DNA of 43,301 nt, taken from Gemmatimonadota bacterium. GTDB lineage: Bacteria > Latescibacterota > UBA2968 > UBA8231. A program made the position numbers and the translations under genes. The notes under the pieces were generated by a model, which saw only the letters and a program-made list of their open reading frames with translations, ran no database searches and was not told the DNA's origin. The DNA lies in the NCBI GenBank assembly GCA_038128265.1, contig JAYPJE010000011.1:1-43301 (forward strand), in the 5' to 3' direction. The number at the start of each line of letters is the position of its first letter. The stretch's first letter is position 1. Below are positions 8,729 to 20,432 of this stretch, in pieces.

Positions 8729-9925
8729 ATGCGCACCGAAGACATCATAAAGGCAGAGAAAAATTACATTTTGCAGACCTATGGTCGCCCGGACTTTGTC
8801 TTGGAGCGTGGCAACGGGGTCTACTTATTCGACACCGATGGCAATCGCTACCTCGACTTTGTCAGCGGGCTGGCCGTCAATGCGCTGGGATATGGCGATT
8901 ACGAGGTGGCCAAGGCCATTGAGGAACAGGTTGGCAAATTGATGCACGTCTCTAACCTGTACCACACTATTCCCTCCGTGGAATTGGCCAAACTGCTGGT
9001 AGAAAATTCGTTTGCCGACCGGGTGTTTTTCTGCAATAGCGGCACGGAGTCGTGGGAAGCAGCGATGAAATTTTGCCGCAAATGGGGCAATACGACGCAC
9101 GCCAAGCCAAAGAATCGCATGATCGCCTTTAACAACTCGTTTCACGGGCGGACCTATGGCTCGATTTCCACAACGGGTCAGCCGAAATATCACAAAGGGT
9201 TTGAGCCGCTCTTGCCGGGCATTGACTTTGCCGACTTCAACGACTTGGCCTCCGTGGAGAAATTGGTCAGCGACGAAACGTGCGCCATTCTCGTCGAACC
9301 GCTACAGGCCGAGGGCGGCATTCACGTGGCGACGCCCGAGTTTTTGCAGGGGCTGCGCGCGCTGTGCGACGAACGCGATATGCTGCTGGTCTTTGACGAG
9401 ATCCAGGTCGGCTGTGGGCGCACGGGTTCGCTGTGGGCCCACCAGCAGTACGGCGTAGAGCCGGATATTATGACGCTGGCTAAGGCGCTAGGCGGCGGGC
9501 TGCCCATCGGCGTAACGCTGATGACGCAAAAGGTTGCCGACGCCATTGCCGCCGGCGATCACGCTGCGACTTTTGGTGCCAATCCCGTGTCCTGCGCTGC
9601 CGCCGTTGTCGTGTTTAACAAGCTGCTTGCCGACGGCTTTGTCGAGTCCGTGCAAGAAAAAGGCCAGTATCTGGCTGGGCGCTTACAAAAGCTACAGGAG
9701 CGCTTTCCCGACCAGGTAAAAGGCGTGCGCGGTCGCGGGCTCATCGTCGGTGCCGTAACCGAAAAGCCGGCTGCCGATTTTCTCGTGCCGTTTCGCGAGC
9801 GCGATATATTGGTGGCTACGGCCGGTGCGAACGTCGTGCGCTTTCTGCCGCCGCTGGTGGTGGAAAGGGATCGCATCGACGAAGTCGTCGATGTATTTGA
9901 CGAGATTCTGCGCCAGGCCAGTTAA
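8729..9925 (+). CDS. argD: Acetylornithine aminotransferase (class III PLP)
   Basis: CNSGTES, FHGRT, DEIQVG.GRTG and TLAKALGGG motifs. ATG 8729 behind GGAG is preferred to 8597, which overlaps argB. Confidence 0.93.
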   Translation: MRTEDIIKAEKNYILQTYGRPDFVLERGNGVYLFDTDGNRYLDFVSGLAVNALGYGDYEVAKAIEEQVGKLMHVSNLYHTIPSVELAKLLVENSFADRVFFCNSGTESWEAAMKFCRKWGNTTHAKPKNRMIAFNNSFHGRTYGSISTTGQPKYHKGFEPLLPGIDFADFNDLASVEKLVSDETCAILVEPLQAEGGIHVATPEFLQGLRALCDERDMLLVFDEIQVGCGRTGSLWAHQQYGVEPDIMTLAKALGGGLPIGVTLMTQKVADAIAAGDHAATFGANPVSCAAAVVVFNKLLADGFVESVQEKGQYLAGRLQKLQERFPDQVKGVRGRGLIVGAVTEKPAADFLVPFRERDILVATAGANVVRFLPPLVVERDRIDEVVDVFDEILRQAS

Positions 9926-11313
9926 TGGGTTCTGAAAACGTCGACAAGCCCTGGGGAGGGCGTTTCGCCGATGGCAACGATGCGCTTATGGAGCGTTTTA
10001 ACGCTTCCATTGGCTTTGATCGTCGTCTGCTCAGCGCTGATATAGAGGGGAATATCGCCTACGCGCGCGGCCTGCAGCACATAGGCATTCTCGATGAGGA
10101 CGAGTGCCGCCAGATCGTTGCGGCGCTCGAACAGGTGGAGCGCGAATTCGCCCAGCCTGATTATCCGCTGCCCGATTCGCTGGAAGATATTCACATGGCC
10201 GTCGAGCGCCGTCTGACGGAAATCGTCGGTCCCAGCGGTGGCAAAATACACACCGGGCGCAGCCGCAACGATCAGGTCAACCTCGACGAGCGCCTCTATC
10301 TGCGCGCCGAGATTGAGGCGCTACGCGCACGCATCGTCGCCCTGCAAGGGGTCCTGGTCGATTCGGCCGAGCGCCACGTTGACGCCGTGTTGCCGGGCTA
10401 TACCCATCTGCAGCAGGCGCAGCCCGTTCTCTTTCCCCACTATGCTCTGTCGCTGTTTTGGATGCTCGAGCGCGACGGCGGACGCCTGGCCGATGCCTGG
10501 AAGCGGACCGACTATATGCCGTTGGGTTCGGGCGCGCTGGCCGGCAGTACTTTTCCCATAGACCGCGAGTTTTTGCGCCGGGAGTTGGGCTTTTCTGCCG
10601 TGACGCCCAATAGCCTCGATGCGGTAAGCGATCGCGACTTTATACTCGAAACGCTGTCGGCGTTGGCCATTCTCATGATGCACCTGAGTCGGTTCTGCGA
10701 AGATCTGATCGTCTGGTCGTCGGCTGAATTTGCCTTTGTCGAGCTGTCCGATGCCTTTTCGACGGGGTCGAGCATGATGCCGCAAAAGAAAAATCCCGAC
10801 TCGTTGGAGCTGATTCGCGGTAAGACGGGGCGCGTCTATGGCGATTTGATGGCGCTGCTGACGACGATGAAGGGTGCACCGCTGACCTATTCCAAAGATA
10901 TGCAGGAAGACAAGGAGCCACTCTTTGATGCGCTGGATACGGCAGCGCTGTGTCTCGAAGTATTCGGCGGTGCTTGGGCGAGTATGTCGCTGAATGAGGA
11001 GCGCATGGAGCACATGGTCGATGCCGGCGCGCTGGCCACCGATCTGGCGGACTATCTGGTGCGTCAGGGCATGCCCTTCCGCGATGCACACCGCGTAATC
11101 GGCACGCTTGTGCGTTCGGCACTGAGCGCCGATAAAGCGTTGACAGAGCTGTCTTTACAAGACCTACAGGCGGCTAGTTCAGACTTTGGTGCCGATGCGC
11201 TGGACCTGCTCGATGTGCGCGCTTCGCTTGCGCTGCGCAATATCGAGGGGGGCACGGGGCCAGATGCCGTGCGCGCCCAGTTAGCTAAGGCTCGCGCCCT
11301 GTTGGAGACGTAG
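9925..11313 (+). CDS. argH: Argininosuccinate lyase
   Basis: WGGRF, EDIH, HTGRSRNDQ, PGYTHLQ.AQP and GSSMMPQKKNP motifs; TAATG overlap with argD. Confidence 0.98.
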   Translation: MGSENVDKPWGGRFADGNDALMERFNASIGFDRRLLSADIEGNIAYARGLQHIGILDEDECRQIVAALEQVEREFAQPDYPLPDSLEDIHMAVERRLTEIVGPSGGKIHTGRSRNDQVNLDERLYLRAEIEALRARIVALQGVLVDSAERHVDAVLPGYTHLQQAQPVLFPHYALSLFWMLERDGGRLADAWKRTDYMPLGSGALAGSTFPIDREFLRRELGFSAVTPNSLDAVSDRDFILETLSALAILMMHLSRFCEDLIVWSSAEFAFVELSDAFSTGSSMMPQKKNPDSLELIRGKTGRVYGDLMALLTTMKGAPLTYSKDMQEDKEPLFDALDTAALCLEVFGGAWASMSLNEERMEHMVDAGALATDLADYLVRQGMPFRDAHRVIGTLVRSALSADKALTELSLQDLQAASSDFGADALDLLDVRASLALRNIEGGTGPDAVRAQLAKARALLET

Positions 11314-11340
11314 CCATAAGCCAGAGGAAAAACGGAGCAT

Positions 11341-11369
11341 AACCCCGGAATCCTCCGGGGTTTTCTTTT
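11341..11369 (+). terminator. Intrinsic terminator after argH
   Basis: AACCCCGGA-ATCC-TCCGGGGTT followed by TTCTTTT. Confidence 0.85.
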
Positions 11370-11371
11370 GC

Positions 11372-11400
11372 TTGCACCCGGATGCTTCATGGCGTAGACT
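11372..11400 (+). promoter_or_regulatory. Sigma-70-type promoter for the enolase-like/M20 cluster
   Basis: TTGCAC, 17-bp spacer, TAGACT, immediately after the terminator; GAGGAG RBS before ATG 11423. Confidence 0.6.
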
Positions 11401-11422
11401 GTTCGTATCGAGGAGTAAATCA

Positions 11423-12886
11423 ATGAGCGATGTATTAAAAGCGGCCGTTTGCGATACGGCATTTTTTGTGCGCAACGCGCCGATGCGCATGCCCTTTCGC
11501 TTTGGCGCCGTGACGCTGCGGGCGGCGGCCGTGCTGCACGTGCGCATGGAGGTGGAACTGGCCAATGGGCAGCGCGCTGTGGGCTGGGCTGCCGATATGC
11601 TAGCGCCCAAGTGGTTCGACAAGGATCCAAACAAGCACTACGAAGAGAATGTCCACGATTTGTTGGGCGGCGCCCGCGCCGCTGCAGATGCCTATCTACA
11701 GCTGGGGCAGCGCGCCGACAGCGCGTTTGCTATTTGGCAGCAGGGCTGTCAGGCGGGGGCGGACTGGGGCGCGCAGCGCGGCCTCAATGGCCTGCTTGCT
11801 TCCAACGGTCCCTCGCTTCAGGAGCGCGCCCTAATCGATGCGATTGGCGCGGCCAGCGGTATGAGCTACCATCAGCTGCTCGTTTCGGGCGCGTTGGGTA
11901 TTGAGCTGGGCGCCGTGCACGAAGAGTTGGGTGCAATGCCGGTGGAACGCGCGCTTGCCTCCGCGCCGCTGGAGGCGCTGTCCGTTCGCCACACGGTAGG
12001 TCTGATCGACCCTATTCGCCGCAGCGATATACCCCCGGAAGCGGAGCTGAGCGATGGTCTACCCCAGTCGCTTGAGGAATACATCGAAACGCAGGGCATT
12101 CGCTATCTGAAGATTAAAATCGGCGGGGATGCGCGCGCTGACTTTGAGCGTCTGGCCTCCATTGCAGCACTGCTTGCGGAACGCCGCATCAACGGCTACC
12201 GGGTGACGCTAGACGGCAACGAGCAGTACGGCGATATGGACGCTCTCGTGGGTCTGTTGGAACGGGTTGAAAGGGAGTTGCCGGAGCTGTATGCGTCGCT
12301 GCTCTACATTGAACAACCCCTCGACCGCGCTGTGGCGCTGGACCCGGCGCTTGCGCCGCTTATTGAACAGGTTTCGGTGCGCAAACCGATGCTCATCGAC
12401 GAATCGGACGAGGATGTGAACACGTTTAAACGCGCGGTCGGGTTAGGGTATCGCGGCGTGTCGTCCAAGGCGTGTAAGGGCTTGATAAAGGCGGTGACCA
12501 ATGCGGCGCTGGTGCGCCACCTAGACGATGGCAGCGGGCGCTACTTTATGAGCGCCGAAGACCTGACCAATATACCGGTGGTTGGTCTCCATCAGGACTT
12601 AGCGCACGTTGCGGCCTTGGGCATCGGCCACGTGGAGCGCAACGGCCATCACTACGTGCGCGGTTTGGATCATCTCTCGCCCTCTGAGAGAGCGCAGTGT
12701 CGCAGCGAGCACCCAATGCTCTACAGAGATATGGACGATGTGCTTACGTTGGCCATCGACGGTGGTCAGATCGACATTCGCTCGCTGCAGCGCCCGGGTT
12801 TAGGCGGCGGCGAAGCGGTTGATATGGAGGCGATGATTCCTTTAGAGCGCTGGAAGATGGACGAGCTCGTGGAGGGTAATACGTGA
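11423..12886 (+). CDS. Enolase-superfamily (muconate-lactonising/racemase-like) protein, paralogue 1
   Basis: KIKIGG (KxK), metal-ligand positions TLDGNE, IEQP and IDES, plus SSKACKG and ERNGHHY. The start with an RBS is ATG 11423. Confidence 0.8.
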   Translation: MSDVLKAAVCDTAFFVRNAPMRMPFRFGAVTLRAAAVLHVRMEVELANGQRAVGWAADMLAPKWFDKDPNKHYEENVHDLLGGARAAADAYLQLGQRADSAFAIWQQGCQAGADWGAQRGLNGLLASNGPSLQERALIDAIGAASGMSYHQLLVSGALGIELGAVHEELGAMPVERALASAPLEALSVRHTVGLIDPIRRSDIPPEAELSDGLPQSLEEYIETQGIRYLKIKIGGDARADFERLASIAALLAERRINGYRVTLDGNEQYGDMDALVGLLERVERELPELYASLLYIEQPLDRAVALDPALAPLIEQVSVRKPMLIDESDEDVNTFKRAVGLGYRGVSSKACKGLIKAVTNAALVRHLDDGSGRYFMSAEDLTNIPVVGLHQDLAHVAALGIGHVERNGHHYVRGLDHLSPSERAQCRSEHPMLYRDMDDVLTLAIDGGQIDIRSLQRPGLGGGEAVDMEAMIPLERWKMDELVEGNT

Positions 12887-14319
12887 GGGCCGCCCACATG
12901 ACAGTTGACGGCGTGCGCTTCTACATGCGCAACGTGCGCACGCGCATGCCCTTCAAATATGGGACGGCCACGTTGACCTCGGTGCCCATCTTGCACGCCA
13001 TCGTGGAGTGCACGGTCGAGGGGCGGTCCGCGCGCGGTGCGTCGGCTGATATCCTGCCTCCCAAATGGTTCGACAAAGATCCGCAGAAAGAGTACGAGGA
13101 CAATGTCGAGGATCTGCTCTTTAGCGCGCGTGCTGCCGCCGAAGCATACAGTGAGGCAAGCCGTTCGCCGCGCGACTTCTTTTCCATCTGGCGCGAAGGG
13201 TATGCAGCGACGCTAAGCGCTGGCGACGGACGGGGGCTGAATCACTTGACTTCAGCACACGGAAGCACGCTGATGGAGCGCGCGCTGATTGACGCATGCG
13301 GTCGCGCGCTGGGCCTAAGCTATTTCGAACTGGTGCGCGACAACGCGCTGGCACTCGACCTGGGGGCCATACACGCGGAACTGGCCGGTCTGGCGCCCAG
13401 GGCAGCGCTGGCCTCCTCGCCGCTGAAAGAGATTGCCGTGCGTCATACCGTCGGGTTAGCCGATCCGATTTATCGCGGCGATATAGCCGATGGCGAGCTG
13501 CTCGACGATGGGTTGCCACAGGCGTTGGAAGAGTATATTGCACGGCAGCAGATCACCTTTTTTAAAGTCAAGGTCAACGGCGATTTGCCTGCCGACCAAG
13601 AGCGCCTGCGCGCCATTGCCGCGCTGCTCGATGGGCACGCGGGTGACTATAGCGTAACGCTAGACGGCAACGAGCAGTACGGCGATATGGACGACTTCTT
13701 GGCGCTGTTGGACTATGTGGAAGAGGAGCTGCCGGCCTTTTGGTCGCGGATCCTCTACATCGAGCAGCCGCTGGAGCGCAGCGTGGCTTTGGACCCTGCG
13801 CTAAAGGCTGGCATCGGGGTCGCTGCCGCGCGGAAACCCATGCTCGTAGACGAATCCGACGGCGATTTGGACACCTTTGCACGGGCGATAGAACTGGGCT
13901 ATTGCGGCGTGTCGTCAAAAGCGTGTAAGGGGTTGGTAAAGGCGCTCGCCAACGCGGCCCTAGCCTCAGCGCGCGATCCCTCGCGCTATTTTCTGACCGG
14001 TGAAGATCTGATGAACCTACCCATTGTGCCGCTTCATCAGGATCTGGCACACCTAGCAGCGCTGGGTATTGGCCATGCCGAGCGCAACGGACACCACTAC
14101 GTGCGTGGCCTGTCGCACCTGTCGGAACGCGAGCGCGGTGACTGCCTGCGTGCGCATGCCGATATGTATGCCGAAGACAGTGGATTGGCTGCGCTGGCTA
14201 TCACCGATGGACGCATTGCCGTTGGTTCGCTGCAGTGCCCAGGGCTGGGCTTGGGCGCGGAGGTCGATAGTGAGGCCATGCTGCCGTTGGACGAGTGGTC
14301 GTTTACTTCGCTGGCTTGA
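12883..14319 (+). CDS. Enolase-superfamily protein, paralogue 2
   Basis: KVKVNG, TLDGNEQY, IEQP, VDES, SSKACKG and ERNGHHY; collinear with the upstream paralogue; GTGA overlap. Confidence 0.8.
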   Translation: MRAAHMTVDGVRFYMRNVRTRMPFKYGTATLTSVPILHAIVECTVEGRSARGASADILPPKWFDKDPQKEYEDNVEDLLFSARAAAEAYSEASRSPRDFFSIWREGYAATLSAGDGRGLNHLTSAHGSTLMERALIDACGRALGLSYFELVRDNALALDLGAIHAELAGLAPRAALASSPLKEIAVRHTVGLADPIYRGDIADGELLDDGLPQALEEYIARQQITFFKVKVNGDLPADQERLRAIAALLDGHAGDYSVTLDGNEQYGDMDDFLALLDYVEEELPAFWSRILYIEQPLERSVALDPALKAGIGVAAARKPMLVDESDGDLDTFARAIELGYCGVSSKACKGLVKALANAALASARDPSRYFLTGEDLMNLPIVPLHQDLAHLAALGIGHAERNGHHYVRGLSHLSERERGDCLRAHADMYAEDSGLAALAITDGRIAVGSLQCPGLGLGAEVDSEAMLPLDEWSFTSLA

Positions 14320-14322
14320 TCC

Positions 14323-15675
14323 ATGTATATCGATTGGCATGCAGAGCGGGAAGAAGCGCTGGGCCGACTGGGGCGGATGCTGCGCTTCAATACGGTGAAT
14401 CCGCCCGGCGACGAACTGGCCCTGGCGCGCGAACTGGCATCCGAGGCGGCGTCGTGGGGCGTGGAATGCGACGTGCTGGTCTCGGCAGAGAAGCGCGGCA
14501 ATCTAGTTGTGCGCCTGCGCGGCGACGGCAGCCAGCGCCCCCTATTGCTGCTATCCCATTTGGACGTGGTGCCGGCCGAGCCCGACAAATGGCGCTATCC
14601 TCCCTTTGCTGGAATGCGCTCGGAGGGGTTTATGTGGGGGCGCGGTGCCATCGACTCCAAGCTGACCGGTGCGCTGCACATGCAGGTCGTCTCGCTGTTA
14701 AAGCGGCTAGGCCTGCCGCTCAAACGGGATATCGTCCTAGTGGCGGCCGCCGACGAAGAATTTGGCGGACACTACGGCGTCGAGTGGTTGGTGCGCGAAC
14801 ATCCACAGCTTTTCGACGCCGAGTTTGGCATCAACGAAGCGGGCGGCTTTGCCATCCCGGTGGGCGATCAGGTTCTCTATACTGTGCAGGTGGGCGAGAA
14901 AGGGTCGGCCAATCTCGACTTGGTGGCGGCCGGTCGACCGGGGCACTCCTCGGTTCCGCACGATGACAACGCGATTTTTCACTTGGCGGCCGTGCTAAAC
15001 AAAATGGCGGGAGGCAAGATGCCGCATCGGCCGCCGTCTAGCGTGCGGGCTTTTTTTGAACGCGCCGCCGAGGCACAAGACGACGCGGAGGTCGCCGAAA
15101 ATCTGCGCGCGCTCTTAGACGGACAGCGCTGCGACGCTGCGCTGGACAGACTGCCAATAAACGAGGCGGCGCGCGGCATGTTTGACGCCATGGTGCGCAA
15201 TACCTGTGCGCCAACCGTGCTCGAGGCCGGTCTGAAGCGCAACGTGATTCCCTCGGAGGCGGCGGTGCAGCTGAGCGGTCGACCGCTGCCGGGTGTGAGC
15301 GAGGCCGAGTTTCTCGCCGAAGTCGAGGCGCTGGCCGGGAGCGATCTGCGCTATGCGATGCACTCTTTTCGCCCCGGCGTCGAGTTCGATCATGAAACGC
15401 CGCTTTTTGACGCCTTGACCTGTGCCCTACAGCGCTTCGAACCCGATGGCATAGCCGTTCCCTACATGCAGACGGGCGGTACCGATGCGCGCTTTCTCGT
15501 CGATTTTGATATGGTCGTATACGGCTTTGTGCCGATGCGCTGGGAGCGCGGCCTGGAGTTTTTTGACCTGTGTCACGGACACGACGAGCGCGTATCGGAG
15601 GCCAATGTGCTCTTCGGAGTGCAGGTCTTGACCGATGCGGTGGCCCGACTCAATGGTTTAGATATAGGAGGATAA
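14323..15675 (+). CDS. M20/M25/M40 family metallo-amidohydrolase
   Basis: SHLDVV, GRGAIDSK, ADEE, INE and HGHDER zinc-ligand motifs; GHSS dimerisation domain. Confidence 0.92.
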   Translation: MYIDWHAEREEALGRLGRMLRFNTVNPPGDELALARELASEAASWGVECDVLVSAEKRGNLVVRLRGDGSQRPLLLLSHLDVVPAEPDKWRYPPFAGMRSEGFMWGRGAIDSKLTGALHMQVVSLLKRLGLPLKRDIVLVAAADEEFGGHYGVEWLVREHPQLFDAEFGINEAGGFAIPVGDQVLYTVQVGEKGSANLDLVAAGRPGHSSVPHDDNAIFHLAAVLNKMAGGKMPHRPPSSVRAFFERAAEAQDDAEVAENLRALLDGQRCDAALDRLPINEAARGMFDAMVRNTCAPTVLEAGLKRNVIPSEAAVQLSGRPLPGVSEAEFLAEVEALAGSDLRYAMHSFRPGVEFDHETPLFDALTCALQRFEPDGIAVPYMQTGGTDARFLVDFDMVVYGFVPMRWERGLEFFDLCHGHDERVSEANVLFGVQVLTDAVARLNGLDIGG

Positions 15676-15679
15676 TACA

Positions 15680-16000
15680 ATGGGCGAAGATACGTCGATT
15701 GACGCACTATTCATCTATTTGGAAACGCATCCGCTGGTAGCGTTGCTCTTGGCCGCGCTCGCCGTCATGTTCTTGGCGAGCCTGATCCGCATGGTTATGC
15801 GCATTGCGGTCATGCTGGCGTTGGTATTGGCCATCGGCCTGTACTGGACTCACAGCGAGGCGGTGAGCGATCTGGATGTGCGCACTGAATTGCTCCGGCG
15901 CAAAGCGGCCGAATACGGCAAGGGCGCGTTGGAAATTGGCAAGGTCCTATTAAAAAAAGGGGCCGAAGAATTAAAGAAGCAGGCGGAAGAGAACAAGTAG
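15680..16000 (+). CDS. Hypothetical small membrane protein
   Basis: AGGAGG RBS, two hydrophobic helices and a charged helical tail. Confidence 0.7.
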   Translation: MGEDTSIDALFIYLETHPLVALLLAALAVMFLASLIRMVMRIAVMLALVLAIGLYWTHSEAVSDLDVRTELLRRKAAEYGKGALEIGKVLLKKGAEELKKQAEENK

Positions 16001-16005
16001 TTTCG

Positions 16006-18132
<2,127 letters not shown>

Positions 18133-18142
18133 TTAGAATAGA

Positions 18143-19030
18143 ATGAAAAATACGTCTGAAAAACAGGTTTCGGCTGTCCCGTGGGGCGCCTACTGGGAGC
18201 TGACAAAGCCGCGCATTATTTTTATGGTGCTCATCACCTGCGCATTGGGGTTCTTTGTCGGTGGGCAGGGCATACATTCCCATACACTGCTCTTTTTCAC
18301 TCTGCTGGGAACGGCGTTTACGGTTGGTGGTTCGGCCGTCCTCAACCACTACCTCGAGCGCGATGTCGATCGCCTAATGGTGCGCACGCGCAACCGTCCG
18401 CTACCGGCTGGGCTTATTCGACCAGCGGCGGCTATGTCGTACGGTTTTGTGCTGGTGCTAGTCGGCGTGTGCATACTGCTGTCGTTTGCCGGTTTGCTAA
18501 CGGCCTTTCTTGCCCTGCTTTCGGCCTTTCTCTACGTCGTGATTTACACCCCCATGAAGCGCCTCAGCTGGCTTAATACGTCGCTGGGTGCTATTCCCGG
18601 TGCGCTGCCGCCCGTTGGCGGCTGGACGGCTGCAACGGGCGAGCTGGAGACCGGCGCTTGGGTCTTCTTCCTTATTCTATTCGCCTGGCAACATCCGCAT
18701 TTTTATGCGATCGCCTGGATGTTCCGCGAAGACTATGCGCGCGGCGGCTTTAAGATGCTGCCGGTTGTGGAAGAGGACGGCCGACGCACCTGCCGACAGG
18801 TAATTCTCTTTTCGCTGATGCTGTTGGCGGTTTCGGTGCTGCCGACGTGGCTGGGGCTGATGGGCACCGTTTACATGGTGGGTGCCATTGTGCTGGGTTT
18901 GGGCTTTCTGGCTGCGGGAATCGCCCTGGCCGTCTCGCGCTCGGCGCTCAGTGCGCGGCGTCTATTGCAGGCTTCGGTCATTTATCTGCCGCTGCTGTTG
19001 GTGCTCAGCGTGTTTGACGCGGGCTTTTAA
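18143..19030 (+). CDS. cyoE: Protoheme IX farnesyltransferase (heme O synthase)
   Basis: ELTKPRI, ERDVDRLMVRTRNRPLP, YTPMKR, GAIPGALPP and WQHPHFYAIA motifs; multiple TM helices. Confidence 0.96.
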   Translation: MKNTSEKQVSAVPWGAYWELTKPRIIFMVLITCALGFFVGGQGIHSHTLLFFTLLGTAFTVGGSAVLNHYLERDVDRLMVRTRNRPLPAGLIRPAAAMSYGFVLVLVGVCILLSFAGLLTAFLALLSAFLYVVIYTPMKRLSWLNTSLGAIPGALPPVGGWTAATGELETGAWVFFLILFAWQHPHFYAIAWMFREDYARGGFKMLPVVEEDGRRTCRQVILFSLMLLAVSVLPTWLGLMGTVYMVGAIVLGLGFLAAGIALAVSRSALSARRLLQASVIYLPLLLVLSVFDAGF

Positions 19031-19668
19031 CGCGGTCCCTCATACCGCAGTGCAGCTCCTGGCTCTCGCCGTTCACGGCGGGGGCTTTTTTCGTTCTCCT
19101 GGCGATACTCTTCGGGCGTGTTGAGGTTGGCAAAGGGATGTGTTTCCCCGGCGAAGAGCTGCCATTCGCATGGGGGAATAATGTGCGTATCGAGCTGAGC
19201 TACGAATTTTCTCACACCGAGCTGTCCTGCTGCGATGGATGCTTCTACTAGGGGGGCGATGGAACATGTGTAGACGGCGCACAGCGGCTGTAGGCCGTCG
19301 TCGCTATCCGGCACGACGGCTTGGTGGTCTCCGGCCTGATCGATTAGGTGGTGCAGCAGGCCAGGCGTGAGAAAGGGCATGTCGCAGGCCAGGAGCAGCA
19401 GATGGGATGTGGTGGCGTGGCGCAGGGCCGTGGCTAGTCCGCCGAGGGGACCTGCATCGGGGAACGCATCGGCCAAGAGGGGCCAGCCAAAGGATGCATG
19501 TCTTTCGGAATGGTTGCTGACGAGTATGCGCTGGTTGCTAAGCGACTGGGCGGCGTCAATAACGCGCTGCAGCATGGGCACACCGCCAACGGGGAGTAGG
19601 GCTTTATCGCATCCCATGCGCCGACTGCGGCCGCCGGCTAGGATGGCGACGGTTAGTGCCGCTGCCAT
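19027..19668 (-). CDS. mobA: Molybdenum cofactor guanylyltransferase (MobA-like NTP transferase)
   Basis: ILAGGRSRRMGCDKALL, GPLGGL, LACDMPF, QPLCAVY and FANLNTPEE motifs. Confidence 0.9.
   Translation of the reverse strand: MAAALTVAILAGGRSRRMGCDKALLPVGGVPMLQRVIDAAQSLSNQRILVSNHSERHASFGWPLLADAFPDAGPLGGLATALRHATTSHLLLLACDMPFLTPGLLHHLIDQAGDHQAVVPDSDDGLQPLCAVYTCSIAPLVEASIAAGQLGVRKFVAQLDTHIIPPCEWQLFAGETHPFANLNTPEEYRQENEKSPRRERREPGAALRYEGPR
19062..19091 (+). terminator. Intrinsic terminator of cyoE, inside the 3' end of mobA on the other strand
   Basis: GCTCTCGCCG-TTCA-CGGCGGGGGC (with G-U pairs) followed by TTTTTT. Confidence 0.7.
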
Positions 19669-19673
19669 ATGCC

Positions 19674-20432
19674 CTAGTCCGCGCTGCTCTGGTTGTTGAT
19701 GAGCGCCGCGCTGTAGCCGGCGCCGAATCCGTTGTCAATATTGACAACAGTGACTCCGGAAGCGCAGGAGTTGAGCATGGTGAGCAGAGCCGACAGTCCG
19801 TTGAAACTGGCGCCGTATCCCACGCTGGTAGGCACGGCGACAACGGGCACGTCGACCAGGCCCCCCACCACGCTGGCCAGCGCGCCTTCCATCCCGGCAA
19901 CGACGACGATCGCCTTGGCGGTGCGCAAGCGGTCGCGGTAGGCCAACAGGCGATGGATGCCGGCGACGCCAACGTCTACGATGGATTCGACGTGCGCGCC
20001 CATTGCCCGCGCCGTGATTTCCGCCTCGCGCGCTACCGGCAGGTCGGACGTGCCGGCCGAAACGACGAGCACTAGGCCACGCTGTGCGGGGGTATGCGGG
20101 CCCGGAATCAGTGCCGTGCGCGCGATTTCGTCGTGCTGGGTTTGTGGATAGCGCTCGAGCAGGGCGGCCGCAGCTTCGGGCGCAATGCGCGTGGCTAGCA
20201 CTTGTGACTGGCGCTCGACGAGCCGTTCGGCAATAGCGACGATTTGTTCACTCGTCTTTCCCTGACAGAAAATGACCTCCGGATGCCCGGTGCGCAGCGT
20301 GCGGTGATGGTCGACGTGTGCAAAACCGAGGTTTTCAAAGGGCAGGTCGCGGAGGTATTCGAGCGCGTCTTCGGGGGGCAGGGTGCCTTGGGCGACGCGA
20401 TCTAAGAGCGTGCGAAGTGATTCGGGATCCAT
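19674..20432 (-). CDS. larB: Nickel-pincer cofactor biosynthesis protein LarB (PurE-like carboxylase/hydrolase)
   Basis: FAHVDHHRTLRTGHPEVIF, AGTSD, DVGVAG, GMEGAL, PTSVGYG and NIDNGFGA motifs. Start placed at MDPESL (20432). Confidence 0.93.
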   Translation of the reverse strand: MDPESLRTLLDRVAQGTLPPEDALEYLRDLPFENLGFAHVDHHRTLRTGHPEVIFCQGKTSEQIVAIAERLVERQSQVLATRIAPEAAAALLERYPQTQHDEIARTALIPGPHTPAQRGLVLVVSAGTSDLPVAREAEITARAMGAHVESIVDVGVAGIHRLLAYRDRLRTAKAIVVVAGMEGALASVVGGLVDVPVVAVPTSVGYGASFNGLSALLTMLNSCASGVTVVNIDNGFGAGYSAALINNQSSAD

